A model generated the notes under the pieces. It ran no database searches. It was not told the origin of the DNA and worked only from the letters and a program-made list of their open reading frames with translations. A stretch of DNA of 64,000 bases from Opitutia bacterium (GTDB taxonomy: Bacteria > Verrucomicrobiota > Verrucomicrobiia > Opitutales > Opitutaceae), in NCBI GenBank assembly GCA_947478395.1, contig CANJVR010000007.1:32001-96000 (forward strand). The letters are read 5' to 3'. Shown one piece after another: positions 44,652 through 55,700 of the stretch (the first letter of the stretch is position 1; each line of letters begins with the position of its first letter). Position numbers and translations under genes: made by a program.

Positions 44652-47371
44652 GCGCGCCCAACCGCACCGCCGTCTCGTCGGATAATGCGGCCACCCCCGC
44701 GCCCACCGCGGCCGTCTTGCTCCTTGACGCCTCGGGCCGGGTCACGTCCGCGAATGCCAGCGCGCGCACCCTTTGGCAGGTCGACGAGGCCGGACTCGTG
44801 GGTGAACCATTCGCCAGTTTGTTTCTATTCGATATTGTTTCAGAAGGTCCCGAGTGGCTCGAAGCGCAGTGGGACGTCGTGCGTGGCGCCGCTCTCGAGC
44901 GGACGGCCCTGCTAACGGTTCAACCCCGCGAATCCGGTCCGGTTAACTTGGGGGTGCGGATCGAGCCTGCGGTTGGTGGCGCCGGCGGCTACATCGCCGT
45001 GGTGCAGCCACTGGCGGCGGCGCCAACGCCGAACGGGGACGACGGCCTGACGTTGCTCGTTGAGCAGAGCGCGGCGGGTTACTTCGATCTTAATTTCAAA
45101 GCAGGTCAGGTGATTTACTCGCCGGTTTGGAAAACATTACTCGGCTACTCATTCGGCGAACTCGCGGACACGCATGAGACCTGGCTCACGCATATTCACC
45201 CGGAGGATTCGGAGGCCGCACCGTATTTTATCGGCAAGAAATATACGACGGATGTCCGACGCATCTCGGTGGAATTTCGCATGCGACACCGCCAGGGACA
45301 CTACGTCTGGTTGCACTGCACCGGGCTCCAGCAGGTGAGTGCGAAGGGCGAACTCGATCGAGTCGTCGGTTTCTGCGTCGATGTGACTGAGCGACGAGAG
45401 GTCGAGGAAGCGAGTCTCGCGAACGATGTGCGCTTGCAGGATCTCAGTACGAGCGGACCACTCGGCGCCTTCGAATTAAATTTCGCCCGCCGGCAATACT
45501 GGGTATCGCCGGTGTGGAGCCAGATGCTCGGTCTGGGTGAAGTCTCCGCGGCGGACGCGTTGGCGGCGTTCTCCCGGACGCTGCCCGACGCCGAACCCGC
45601 GCCGGAACCCGCGGCCTGGCTGGCCGCGCGCGCGCCGGGGCAAAGTTCATTTTTTGAATCGGTGGAGCTGCGCGACGCCAATGACCGGCCGGTGTCGGTT
45701 TTCCTCGGCGCGCATCGGACGTTCACGCGCAAACGTGAACTCGCGCGTGTCGTTGGTTTCATTTGTCCGCTGCCGACTTCGCTGGCGGCCCTCGCGCTGG
45801 ACGAGGGTCCGGCGTTGTCACCGCAGTTGTTGTCCGCGGCGTTCACCACGCTCACGGAGGCCGTGCTCATCACGGACGCGATGGGGCAGGTTATCTTCGT
45901 GAATCATGCCGCCGCCCGGTTGTTGCAGCGCGTGCCAGCGGACGTCATTGGCCGGCCGGTCGACCGCGTTTTTCGGCTCGCGAACCGACTGACTGGGCGC
46001 CCCGGTGACAACCCGGTCGAGGCGGCGCTGGCCGTGGAAGGCATCCTACCGCTCAATAACGAGCAGGCGCTTTTGCCCGGGCATCTTTTCGAGCAGACAT
46101 CTTTGCCTGTGGCGGTGACCGAGTCACCTTCCGCGCTGGACGCATCGCCCCGACCGATTGTTTGGGCGGCCCGAGCGGTGCGTGGTCCGGACCGCGAGCC
46201 GCGAGGCGTAGTGATCGTTTTCCGCGACCCGAATGAGGTAACGCTCACGCCCGACGAACTCGTGAGGGCGAATCGGTTCGAGAGGCTCGGCCAGCTCGCG
46301 GGTGGGATCGCTCATGATTTCAACAACCTTCTGACGAAGATCATGGGCAACATCGCACTCGCGTTGAAAAACCAGGATCTTGGATCGCTGGGCGACGCGG
46401 AGAAAGCCTGCATGGCTGCGAAGGGGCTCACCCAACAGCTTTTGCTCGTGGCGAAAGGTGGCGGGGCCACGCTCTCCGTCGTTGCAGCGCAGGAGATTCT
46501 TGACGACGCGATGCATCTCGCTGCGGCCGGCGCGACCGCGGCGGTCAGCGTTACCGTCGATCCCGGTACGGATCCGGTGGCGGTGGACCGCGCGGAAATT
46601 CTCCAGGTTTTCCAAAATCTTATCCTCAACGCCATCCAAGCGATGCCGCCCGGGCCGCACGTCGGACGGGTCCAGTTGTGCGCGCGTAATTTCACGGTGC
46701 ACGAGCAACAGATCTCCGGTCTGCCGGCGGGCGAGTATGTTGAGTTCCAGTTCCGCGACAACGGCGCCGGCATCCCGCCGGAAATCCAGGAAAAAATCTG
46801 GGACCCATTTTTCACAACGAAAAAACACGGCACTGGCCTCGGCCTCTCGACTGTGTTGTCGATCGTGCGCAAGCACGGTGGACAAATGGGCCTCAGCTCG
46901 ACGGTGGGCGAGGGCAGTGTTTTCACCGTTTACCTGCCGAGCACTGGCCGACCCGCGGAGGTGCAGGCGCGCAAAGCGCCGTCGCTGCGTTTTGGCACGG
47001 GCCGCATCCTGTTCATGGATGACGACGAGAAGATTTCCACGCTCACGGGCGGCATGCTCGCCAGTCTCGATTACAAGTACGACCTCGCGAAAAACGGCGA
47101 CGAAGCGATCGCGCTTTATACGCGCTATCTCAATATCGGCCGCCCCTACGATGTTGTGATTATGGACCTGACGGTCGTTGCAGGGATGGGCGGGGAGGAC
47201 TGTTTCAAGCAATTGCGGGGGCTCGATCCCGATGTACGGGCGATCATTTCCAGCGGCTACGACCACGACGACATCGCCCGGCGTTATCTCGACATGGGCT
47301 TCTGTGGCTATCTCGCCAAGCCCTATCGCGTGGCGGACCTCGGGAAGATTCTAAAAGGAATTCTGAGCTGA
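44648..47371 (+). CDS. Multi-PAS hybrid sensor histidine kinase/response regulator
   Basis: PAS/PAC domains (HIHPED, EFRMRHRQG), H-box GIAHDFNNLL, N/G1/F/G2 boxes, C-terminal receiver (MDDD, MDL, KPY). GTGA overlap with hemH. Confidence 0.92.
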   Translation: MSAPNRTAVSSDNAATPAPTAAVLLLDASGRVTSANASARTLWQVDEAGLVGEPFASLFLFDIVSEGPEWLEAQWDVVRGAALERTALLTVQPRESGPVNLGVRIEPAVGGAGGYIAVVQPLAAAPTPNGDDGLTLLVEQSAAGYFDLNFKAGQVIYSPVWKTLLGYSFGELADTHETWLTHIHPEDSEAAPYFIGKKYTTDVRRISVEFRMRHRQGHYVWLHCTGLQQVSAKGELDRVVGFCVDVTERREVEEASLANDVRLQDLSTSGPLGAFELNFARRQYWVSPVWSQMLGLGEVSAADALAAFSRTLPDAEPAPEPAAWLAARAPGQSSFFESVELRDANDRPVSVFLGAHRTFTRKRELARVVGFICPLPTSLAALALDEGPALSPQLLSAAFTTLTEAVLITDAMGQVIFVNHAAARLLQRVPADVIGRPVDRVFRLANRLTGRPGDNPVEAALAVEGILPLNNEQALLPGHLFEQTSLPVAVTESPSALDASPRPIVWAARAVRGPDREPRGVVIVFRDPNEVTLTPDELVRANRFERLGQLAGGIAHDFNNLLTKIMGNIALALKNQDLGSLGDAEKACMAAKGLTQQLLLVAKGGGATLSVVAAQEILDDAMHLAAAGATAAVSVTVDPGTDPVAVDRAEILQVFQNLILNAIQAMPPGPHVGRVQLCARNFTVHEQQISGLPAGEYVEFQFRDNGAGIPPEIQEKIWDPFFTTKKHGTGLGLSTVLSIVRKHGGQMGLSSTVGEGSVFTVYLPSTGRPAEVQARKAPSLRFGTGRILFMDDDEKISTLTGGMLASLDYKYDLAKNGDEAIALYTRYLNIGRPYDVVIMDLTVVAGMGGEDCFKQLRGLDPDVRAIISSGYDHDDIARRYLDMGFCGYLAKPYRVADLGKILKGILS

Positions 47372-47427
47372 TTCGAGGTGGGCTAGCTCGACCGCGAGCG
47401 GACCGGCCCAAGCATTTAATCGCGGCA

Positions 47428-48036
47428 TCATTCCCGCCACGTGAACGCGTGGCAAAGGGCCACGCCGGCCGCGTCGGCTTCGTCGGATGCGAGCGGGCGG
47501 CCATGGCCCATCAGGGCCATCACGGTGCGCGCCATCTGCTCTTTGCTCGCACGGCCCGCGCCGACGACCGCCTGTTTTACGCGTAGGGGGGCATATTCGA
47601 AAATCGGCCGGTCGAAGAGCGCGGCCGCCGCCATCGCCGCGCCGCGGGCCGCGCCGAGAATTTGGGCCGTCTGAAAATTTTGCACGAAGATCGTCTGCTC
47701 CATCGCGACGTGCCGGACCTGGCCGCCGTCGAGAAAAGCGGTCACGGCCCGGTGAATCTCGGCCAACGCCACCGCCATGGGCCGGCTCGCCGGCACTTTC
47801 ACCGTTTGGCAGCGCAGCAGCAGCGGCCCGCGCCCGGCCGCAAATTCGACCAAGGCGAGGCCGGTGCCGCGGAGTGAGGGATCGATGCCGAGGACAATTC
47901 CAACGAACGGCGTGCGCCGTCCCAAGCTCAACGCGGCTTGGTTCACGGCGGCTTCCCTCTTGGATTGCGGCGCGGCCGGCACGGGCTGACCGGCGAGTTT
48001 CGCCGCCCACATTTGTCGAACGTTCATGCGTGCCAT
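47428..48036 (-). CDS. ruvC: Holliday junction resolvase
   Basis: [44 protein letters not shown]. Confidence 0.95.
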   Translation of the reverse strand: MARMNVRQMWAAKLAGQPVPAAPQSKREAAVNQAALSLGRRTPFVGIVLGIDPSLRGTGLALVEFAAGRGPLLLRCQTVKVPASRPMAVALAEIHRAVTAFLDGGQVRHVAMEQTIFVQNFQTAQILGAARGAAMAAAALFDRPIFEYAPLRVKQAVVGAGRASKEQMARTVMALMGHGRPLASDEADAAGVALCHAFTWRE

Positions 48037-48078
48037 ACTGAATTGGGCTTGATTGCGAATCCGGTGTTTCGCCGCAAG

Positions 48079-48849
48079 TTAGCTGAATAATTTCGCGGCC
48101 AGCAGCGAGGAAAGTTTAAAAACGAGGTCGATCGCCGCGATGACGGCGAGCGTCAGCGCCAGATTCTCGAAGATACGCTGGTTGATTTTCGGCAGCAGTT
48201 TCCGACCCGCCATGGCGCCGACGAAAACCGCCGGAGCGAGGGCCAGATTCAGTCCGAAACTGCTGCGGTTGATCAAACCGAGTTCGACCATGAACGGCAC
48301 CTTGAACAGATTCATCAGAAAGAAAAATACCGCGGCGGTGCCGACGTATTCCATTTTAGGAAGGCGCATGGCCAGCAGATAGATCGCCATCAACGGGCCG
48401 GCGGCGTTGGCCACGAGCGTCGTGAAGCCGGCCAGAATTCCGATGATCGGAGGAAACCAGACACCGTGCTCAGCCTCATGGCCACCGCCCCGCGCCCGCC
48501 GGAAAAGATGCACCCCGACGAGTGAAAGCACGATGCCGCCGATGAGGTAGCGCGCCTGACGTTCGTCGATGTGATTCATGGCGAGCCAGCCGGCGATCAC
48601 CCCCGCCGCCGTCCACGGAAACAGCCGCCAAACATGGCGCCACTGGGCGTGCTGCCGGTACGACAACACCGCGATGAGATCGCCAAAACAGAGCAGGGGC
48701 AGGACGACGCCCGTCGCCTGCTTCGCCGGCATCAACTGCGCAAACATCACGACGAAGAGCATGCCGAGCCCGCTGATGCCCGTCTTGGAAAAACCCACGA
48801 GCAACGCCGCAAGAATTGCGATGCTCCACTGCCACGGAGTAAAATTCAT
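48079..48849 (-). CDS. Sulfite exporter TauE/SafE family protein
   Basis: [29 protein letters not shown]; 8 TMs; ATGA overlap with recF. Confidence 0.85.
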   Translation of the reverse strand: MNFTPWQWSIAILAALLVGFSKTGISGLGMLFVVMFAQLMPAKQATGVVLPLLCFGDLIAVLSYRQHAQWRHVWRLFPWTAAGVIAGWLAMNHIDERQARYLIGGIVLSLVGVHLFRRARGGGHEAEHGVWFPPIIGILAGFTTLVANAAGPLMAIYLLAMRLPKMEYVGTAAVFFFLMNLFKVPFMVELGLINRSSFGLNLALAPAVFVGAMAGRKLLPKINQRIFENLALTLAVIAAIDLVFKLSSLLAAKLFS

Positions 48850-49928
48850 GACGCGGCCTCCGCGAAATTCCCGTCTTGGACGTTGAACACCTGCCAAGCG
48901 CCGAGCTCTGCGTCGGGCAGACTCGTGCCAGTTGCCAGGACCTGTGATTCGGGATCGATCGCCGCCCAAAAACGCCGGCGCCGCGCGGGATCGAGTTCGC
49001 CCAGCACGTCGTCGCACAGCAGCACGGGCCGCACCCCGCTTTTTTCCTGAAACCACGCGGCCTGGGCGAGACGTAATGCGAGCACGAGGGAACGTTGTTG
49101 TCCTTCCGAACTGAAGTCTTTCGCGAGTTTCCCCTCGATCTTCAGTTCCAGATCATCCCGATGCGGGCCGTTGAGCGTGGTGCGCAGCATGATGTCACGG
49201 CCGCGGCTGGCTTCCAGTCGCGCGAGGAGCGCTTCGGCCGACGCATCGGCAAAATCAGGGGTGTAGACGAGCGCTGCTTGCTCCGCGCCATCGCAGACCA
49301 GCGCATATGCTGCGGTCAGAGCCGTCGCGAGCGTGCCGATACCTGCGGTGCGCAAGCCGATTAACGCGGCGGCTGCGGGCGCCAGGGTCTGTTCGAATGC
49401 GCTCAGCTCGCGCGCGGCACCACCGCCCTTTTTCAGGAGTGCATTTCGACCGGCGAGGGCGCGCGTGTAGGTTTGCAGGGCCGTGAGGTAATTCGCGTCC
49501 ATGGCGGCCAAGGTGAGGTCAAGCCAGCGGCGCCGCCCGGCCGGCGCGCCCCGGATCAACTGGAGATCCTGCGCGGTAAACGCCACGGTCGGAAATTTTC
49601 CGAGATAGTCCGCCAGCCGTGTCACCTTGGTCTGATCACACCACAGCTCCTTGCTGTCGCGATGGAGCTTGATGCTGACTTGGGTCGCGCCGAAGCGTTC
49701 GTGTTCCAGACCGCAGCCCACGCCTGCGGTCTGCTGGGTGTGCATGATCAAAAGCTGGTTGTCGGTCGCCCGAAAGGAACGCACGGCGGTGAGAAAGCCC
49801 GCGGCCTCGAGGAGATTGGTTTTTCCCTGCGCATTCGGTCCCGCGAAAAATTGCTGCCGGCCCGCGAACTCCAGCCGGGCAAACGCCACGTTGCGGAAAT
49901 GGCGGAGGGTCAGGGTGCGCAAACGCAT
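48846..49928 (-). CDS. recF: DNA replication/repair protein RecF
   Basis: [41 protein letters not shown]. Confidence 0.95.
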   Translation of the reverse strand: MRLRTLTLRHFRNVAFARLEFAGRQQFFAGPNAQGKTNLLEAAGFLTAVRSFRATDNQLLIMHTQQTAGVGCGLEHERFGATQVSIKLHRDSKELWCDQTKVTRLADYLGKFPTVAFTAQDLQLIRGAPAGRRRWLDLTLAAMDANYLTALQTYTRALAGRNALLKKGGGAARELSAFEQTLAPAAAALIGLRTAGIGTLATALTAAYALVCDGAEQAALVYTPDFADASAEALLARLEASRGRDIMLRTTLNGPHRDDLELKIEGKLAKDFSSEGQQRSLVLALRLAQAAWFQEKSGVRPVLLCDDVLGELDPARRRRFWAAIDPESQVLATGTSLPDAELGAWQVFNVQDGNFAEAAS

Positions 49929-49994
49929 CGGTTTTCCAGTAGCTGGAAATTTTCTGTCGCGGGCAAGCTCCCTCCCTCTTTTGCTCAGCGCACC

Positions 49995-50552
49995 ATGACG
50001 TTCGACGCCGCGCTGGCCGAGACCACCCGTACGCTCCAAGCCCTCCCGACGATCCGGCCGTCAATCGACGCCGCCGGGGATCTCTTGCTGGCGACGCTCC
50101 GCCGCGGGGGGAAGCTGCTGATCTGTGGCAACGGCGGGAGCGCGGCTGAGGCCGCGCATTTCTCGACGGAGCTGGTCGGTCGTTATGCCAAAAACCGGCG
50201 GGCGCTGCCGGCGATCGCCCTGTCGGCCGACGGTTCGCTCCTCAGCTGCATCGCGAACGATTACGGCGCCGACCAGATTTTTTCCCGGCAGCTGGCCGGA
50301 CTCGCCAAATCGGGCGACCTGCTGGTCGTCCTGACCACGAGCGGGAAGTCGCCCAACATTCTCGCCGCGCTGGCGGAAGCGAAAAAATTGAACCTTGAGA
50401 GCGTCGCATTTCTCGGCCGCGGCGGCGGTCCCGCCAAGGGACTGGCGACGGTCGATTTGATCGTTCCCGGCCAATCTGGACCCGCGACGCAGGAGTCCCA
50501 TCTTTTCCTGATTCACTATTTTTGTGAGCTGATCGACGCCGAGTTTGTGTAA
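49995..50552 (+). CDS. gmhA: Phosphoheptose isomerase (SIS), canonical type
   Basis: [36 protein letters not shown]. Confidence 0.8.
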   Translation: MTFDAALAETTRTLQALPTIRPSIDAAGDLLLATLRRGGKLLICGNGGSAAEAAHFSTELVGRYAKNRRALPAIALSADGSLLSCIANDYGADQIFSRQLAGLAKSGDLLVVLTTSGKSPNILAALAEAKKLNLESVAFLGRGGGPAKGLATVDLIVPGQSGPATQESHLFLIHYFCELIDAEFV

Positions 50553-50666
50553 TCGAAAGTCGGATGTGCCGGCGGCTTTGGGTGGATTCATGCCCCGAGC
50601 GGAAGCTGGCGTTCCTAGGCGGGTGGGCCCCGTTCGCGTCTGCATCCGCATGATCAATCCCCCGAA

Positions 50667-50683
50667 CATTTATGACATAAATG
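50667..50683. promoter_or_regulatory. Palindromic operator candidate upstream of amtB
   Basis: Perfect inverted repeat CATTTATG-a-CATAAATG in an AT-rich patch. Confidence 0.5.
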
Positions 50684-50694
50684 AAATTTGTTCA

Positions 50695-50710
50695 TGGCAT
50701 CCATTCTGCT
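50695..50710 (+). promoter_or_regulatory. sigma54-type promoter of amtB-glnK
   Basis: TGGCAT-CCATT-CTGCT with GG-N10-GC spacing; amtB/glnK is a classical sigma54 target. Confidence 0.7.
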
Positions 50711-50728
50711 AGGGACGGTGTCGTTGCT

Positions 50729-52243
50729 ATGAAAACCCTCCTCCATGTTATCCGACACCGTTTCGTAATCGCGGGACTGCTGCTTTTGTCAGCCGTCTCT
50801 GCTTTGGCCCAAGCCCCGGCCGCCCCGGCCGCCCCGGCTGCCCCGGCTGCCCCGGCCGCCCCGGCTGCCCCGGCGCCCGCGGCACCGCCGACTTCTGACG
50901 AGCGCATTGCCGCTCTGGAAGCCTACATCAATAACGCCGATCCGGTCAAAGGGCCGCTGGTCGGCGCTTCGGGCCCCGGTCACAACGCGTGGATGATGAC
51001 CAGCTCGGCGCTGGTTCTTTTCATGACGCTGCCGGGCCTGGCGCTTTTCTACGGCGGTCTGGTGCGCAAGAAGAACGTGTTGTCCGTGCTGGCCCAATGT
51101 CTCGGGATCACCGGTCTGGTTACCCTGATGTGGTGGGCCTTCGGCTACAGCCTGGTCTTCGGTAAAAGTTTCAACAGCCCGTACTTCGGAGGCTCGGAGT
51201 ACTTCTTCCTGAAGGGTGTGACATCCGCGCCCAACACCGACTACGCGTACTGGGTTAGTCAGAACGTATTTTCGATGTACCAGATGATGTTCGCGATCAT
51301 CACCCCGGCGCTGATCGTCGGCGCCATTGCCGAGCGCATGAAATTCACGGCCATCATGACCTTCGTCGGGCTCTGGATGCTGGTGGTTTATTTCCCGCTG
51401 GCGCACATGGTCTGGGGCTCGGACGGCCTGATGAACGGCGTTTGGAATGCCGACGCAAAAATCAAGGCGATTGATTTCGCAGGCGGTACCGTGGTGCACA
51501 TGTCATCCGGCTGGTCCGCCCTGATCCTGTGTTTGATCCTCGGGCCCCGCCTCGGCTTCGGCAAAGACAAGATGGCTCCGCACAGCATGGTGCTGTGTAT
51601 GGTCGGCACCGGCATGCTCTGGGTGGGTTGGTATGGCTTTAATGCCGGTAGCGCGGTCGCCGCCGACGGCGTTGCCGCTAACGCCTTCATGACCACCACG
51701 CTCGCGGCCGCGGTCGCAGCGTTCGTGTGGGGCCTGATCGAGAAAATCTTCCGTGGTCACGCTTCCATCCTGGGCTTCTGCTCGGGTGCGGTTGCTGGTC
51801 TCGTCGTCATCACGCCGGCCGCCGGCTTCGTCGATTCCACTGGCGCCGTAATCATCGGTGTGCTCGCGGCGGTTGTACCCTACATCTTTGTCACCAAGAT
51901 CAAAGCGATCTTCGGCTACGACGATGCGCTCGACACCTTCGGCGTGCACGCCGTCGGTGGTACGCTCGGTGCTTTGGTCACGGGCTTTCTGGCCACCGCC
52001 TCGGTGAACAGCAACCTCTCGGGTGCTCCCGCCACGAAGAACGGGCTTGCGAAACTCGTGAGTGACGGCGGTCTCTGGCTCGAACAGAGCAAGGCGATGG
52101 CGATCACACTCGTACTGTCGCTCGTCGGCACCGTTGTCCTGGCCTATCTCGTAAAACTCACCATCGGTCTCCGCCCGTCGTCCGAAGTCGAATCTCAAGG
52201 CCTCGACATCAACGACCATGGCGAAGAAGGTTATATCGACTAA
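50729..52243 (+). CDS. amtB: Ammonium transporter
   Basis: PGLALFYGGLVR, DFAGGTVVH, WYGFNAGS, YDDALDTFGVH, GLDINDHGE. Signal peptide from ATG 50729. Confidence 0.97.
   Translation: MKTLLHVIRHRFVIAGLLLLSAVSALAQAPAAPAAPAAPAAPAAPAAPAPAAPPTSDERIAALEAYINNADPVKGPLVGASGPGHNAWMMTSSALVLFMTLPGLALFYGGLVRKKNVLSVLAQCLGITGLVTLMWWAFGYSLVFGKSFNSPYFGGSEYFFLKGVTSAPNTDYAYWVSQNVFSMYQMMFAIITPALIVGAIAERMKFTAIMTFVGLWMLVVYFPLAHMVWGSDGLMNGVWNADAKIKAIDFAGGTVVHMSSGWSALILCLILGPRLGFGKDKMAPHSMVLCMVGTGMLWVGWYGFNAGSAVAADGVAANAFMTTTLAAAVAAFVWGLIEKIFRGHASILGFCSGAVAGLVVITPAAGFVDSTGAVIIGVLAAVVPYIFVTKIKAIFGYDDALDTFGVHAVGGTLGALVTGFLATASVNSNLSGAPATKNGLAKLVSDGGLWLEQSKAMAITLVLSLVGTVVLAYLVKLTIGLRPSSEVESQGLDINDHGEEGYID
50813..50875 (+). 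repeat. 9-nt coding tandem repeat (GCCCCGGCN)x7 in the amtB N-terminus
   Basis: Encodes (APA)7 immediately after the signal peptide. Confidence 0.9.
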
Positions 52244-52266
52244 GTCATCCCTCACCACTCACGTAA

Positions 52267-52611
<345 letters not shown>

Positions 52612-52641
52612 GCGCGCGCAACCGTTGGAATAATTCAGGGC

Positions 52642-52676
52642 AGGCCGGCTCCGCGCGAGCCGGCCTTTTTGTTTTT
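52642..52676 (+). terminator. Rho-independent terminator of amtB-glnK
   Basis: AGGCCGGCTC-cgcgc-GAGCCGGCCT followed by TTTTGTTTTT. Confidence 0.88.
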
Positions 52677-52705
52677 CGAGGACGGGGTCGCTTTCCGCCC
52701 CGTTT

Positions 52706-55700
52706 TTAGTGCTTCAACCGAGTTCGCAGATACGGCGCGGTGGGGCTGTGCTTCACTTTCAACAGCCCGGCGAGTTCGCCTTGGTAAAGGAGCTCGCCGC
52801 CGTCGGGACCGCCGACCGGACCGAGTTCCACGATGTAGTCCGCCTCGGCGAGGAGATCGAGATGATGCTCGATCACCACCACCGTGTGCCCTTGGTCGAC
52901 GAGCGAGTGCAGCACCCGGATGAGTTTCTCGCAGTCGCTGAGGTGCAGCCCGATGGTGGGCTCCTCGAGCAAATAAAGATTCCGCGGCTTTTCCCCCCGG
53001 CTGCGTTCCCGGTAGCTCGCGAGGCCGGTCGAAAGCTCCGTCACCAGTTTCAGGCGCTGCGCTTCTCCGCCCGAAAGCGTGGGGGAACTCTGCCCGAGCG
53101 TGAGATAACCGAGACCACAATCCACCATGAGCTGGCAGACTTGGGACAGCTGCGAATGGAAATCAAAAAATCCCGCCGCTTCCTCAAATGTTAACTGGAG
53201 CACCTGGCCGACCGATTTTCCCTTCCACGTGATGTCAGCGAGGTCGGCGCTATAACGCAGGCCGCGACAATCGTCGCACGGCAGATAGGTGTTCGGCATG
53301 AACGCCATCTCGAGTTTGATCCGGCCCGCGCCTTCGCAGGTGGGGCACCGACCGCCTGACGTGTTGAACGAGAAGCGCGCGGCGGTAAAACCGCGAATTT
53401 TCGCCTCGGGCAGCGCAGCGAAGAATTGCCGGATCAAATCAAAGATCCCGAGATATGTGGCCGGCGTGGATCGCGGCGTTTTTCCGATGGGTGATTGATC
53501 GACCTCGACCACTTGTTTGAAACCTTGCGCGTTGCTTAATTCCGCAAAGGGCGGGGCCCCCGAAGCGGTCGGATGAGGATTAGACTCCGAGAAGCCCGTC
53601 GCCTTCACGAACCCGCGTCCGGTCATCTTTTTCAGCTTGGCTTTGATCGCCTGCGTGACGGCGGGATGAAGCACATCGCGGAAAAGCGTGGATTTTCCCG
53701 CGCCGCTCGGGCCCGAGACCATGATCAGGCGGCCCAGCGGCAGGTGTAGATCGAAGCCCTTGAGATTGCGGAAACGGACACTCGTGAGATTCAGCCACGC
53801 CGATTTTTCGCGGGCCGCCGGTAAGGGCCGGTAGGCGCCGCGGAAAGGATGCACGATGCCCCGCGCCAGAAAAATACCGGTGAGGGAGCGCGCGTTCGCC
53901 TTAATTTCCGCCGGCGTGCCTTCAGCGAGCAGCTCGCCGCCGTGAATGCCGGCGGCCGGGCCAAGATCGATGATGCGATCGGCGCGCGCCATCAGCTCGT
54001 CATCATGTTCGACCACGAGCAGCGTGTTTCCTTTGTCGCGCAACGTTTCGAGCGTTGCGATCAGCCGCTCGTTGTCGCGGGCGTGCAGGCCGATACTGGG
54101 CTCATCCAACACATAGAGGACGCCGGCGAGGTTCGTGCCGAGCTGCGCGGCGAGGCGTATGCGTTGGGCTTCGCCCCCGGAAAGCGTGTCGGTGGGACGG
54201 TCCAGCGAGAGATAGCCGAGTCCGACGTGAGACAGAAATTTCAGGCGCTCGGCGATTTGGGGCACGATATCTTGCGTGATCAGTTTGCCGCGCGCGTCGA
54301 GTTCGAGTGCGCCAAGATGAGCGATCAGTTCCGCCGGTGTGGCGCGCAGCAGCGCGGGCAGCGAAAGAGCCGAGGGGGATTCGGGTTTTGAGTTCTTAGT
54401 TTTGGATTTTGGCTTGGCGCGGAAATGGAGCTTTACCGCGCGCGCGATGCGGTTGAGGCGTTCGCCGTGACAATCGGGACAGGGCTGGCCCTCATCGGCG
54501 ACGTCGTCCGCGGAATCGATGCCGAATGCGCGCAGCTTGGCGAGCGGATCGGCGTTTTCCTCGGCCTCATCGGGCTCGAGCATCCATGAAAAAATTTGGC
54601 CATGACCGCGACACGTTGGACACCAGCCGCGCGGTGAGTTGAAGGAAAAGTGTTTGGGGTCGAGCTCGGGAAAACTTTCGCCCGTGTCGATGTCCGTGCG
54701 CGTGGTGGAAAACCACGAGAGAATTTCACCTTGGGGCGTGAGAAGAAAACAGGAGCCATGGCCAAGACGGAGCGCGGCCGCCAGGTGATCGGGATCGAGT
54801 TTCGAATTCTGAGTTTCGGTTTTCGGATGCTTGAGGTCGGCGACGACGACCTCGATATCATGTTCCTTATAGCGGTCTAATTTCTGGAACGCGTCGACGC
54901 GGGTGAGGCGGCCGTCGGCCCGCATGAGTTCGTAGCCCTGATTCGCGATCCACGTGGCGATGGGCTGGTGATGACCTTTGCGGCCGCGGATCAGCGGAGC
55001 GCAGAGGTACAGATGCTTCGCTTTTTTCGCCTTCGGCGTCGCGAGAACGCCGGCGACCAATTTTTTCAACGCTCCGGCGGAAAGCGGCGTAACGGGTTTG
55101 TCCGAGTCAGGGTGATGCTGAACGCCGAGACGCGCGTAGAGGAGGCGAAGATATTGGGCGACCTCGGTGATGGTTGCGACGGTCGACTTCCGCGAACCGC
55201 GAGTGACGCGTTGTTCGATGGCGACGGTCGGAGGGATCCCGGTCAGCAAGTCCACGGCGGGCCGGGGTAGCTGTTCCACAAATTGCCGCGCGTAGGGCGA
55301 CATCGACTCCATGAAGCGGCGCTGGCCCTCGGCAAACACGATGTCGAAGGCGAGCGTGCTTTTGCCCGAGCCGGAAACACCGGTGACCACCGACAGCTGA
55401 CGGAGCGGAATGGAGAGGGAAAGATTTTTCAGGTTATTCTCCCGCGCGCCGACGATGCGGAGCTGCTGCGAGAAAAATGGTTTTGGGTTTCGGGTTTTGG
55501 GTTTCGAGTTGTAGGCAGCGGCTTCCTCGGCTGCCAGTAACTCGAAACTCGGAAATCCGAACTCGGAACTTCCTTTCGCCGGACCGAGCACGGCTCGGAG
55601 AAAGGGCGAGGTCGCGGTCGTGGCGTGAGCGATGGTTTCGGGCGGGCCTTCCGCGACGATGCTTCCGCCGCCGGCTCCGGCTTCGGGGCCGACTTCGAGT

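Noticed and set aside
50813..50875. Tandem repeats and dispersed REP copies considered as a CRISPR array
   Set aside because: No repeat-unique spacer periodicity and no cas genes.
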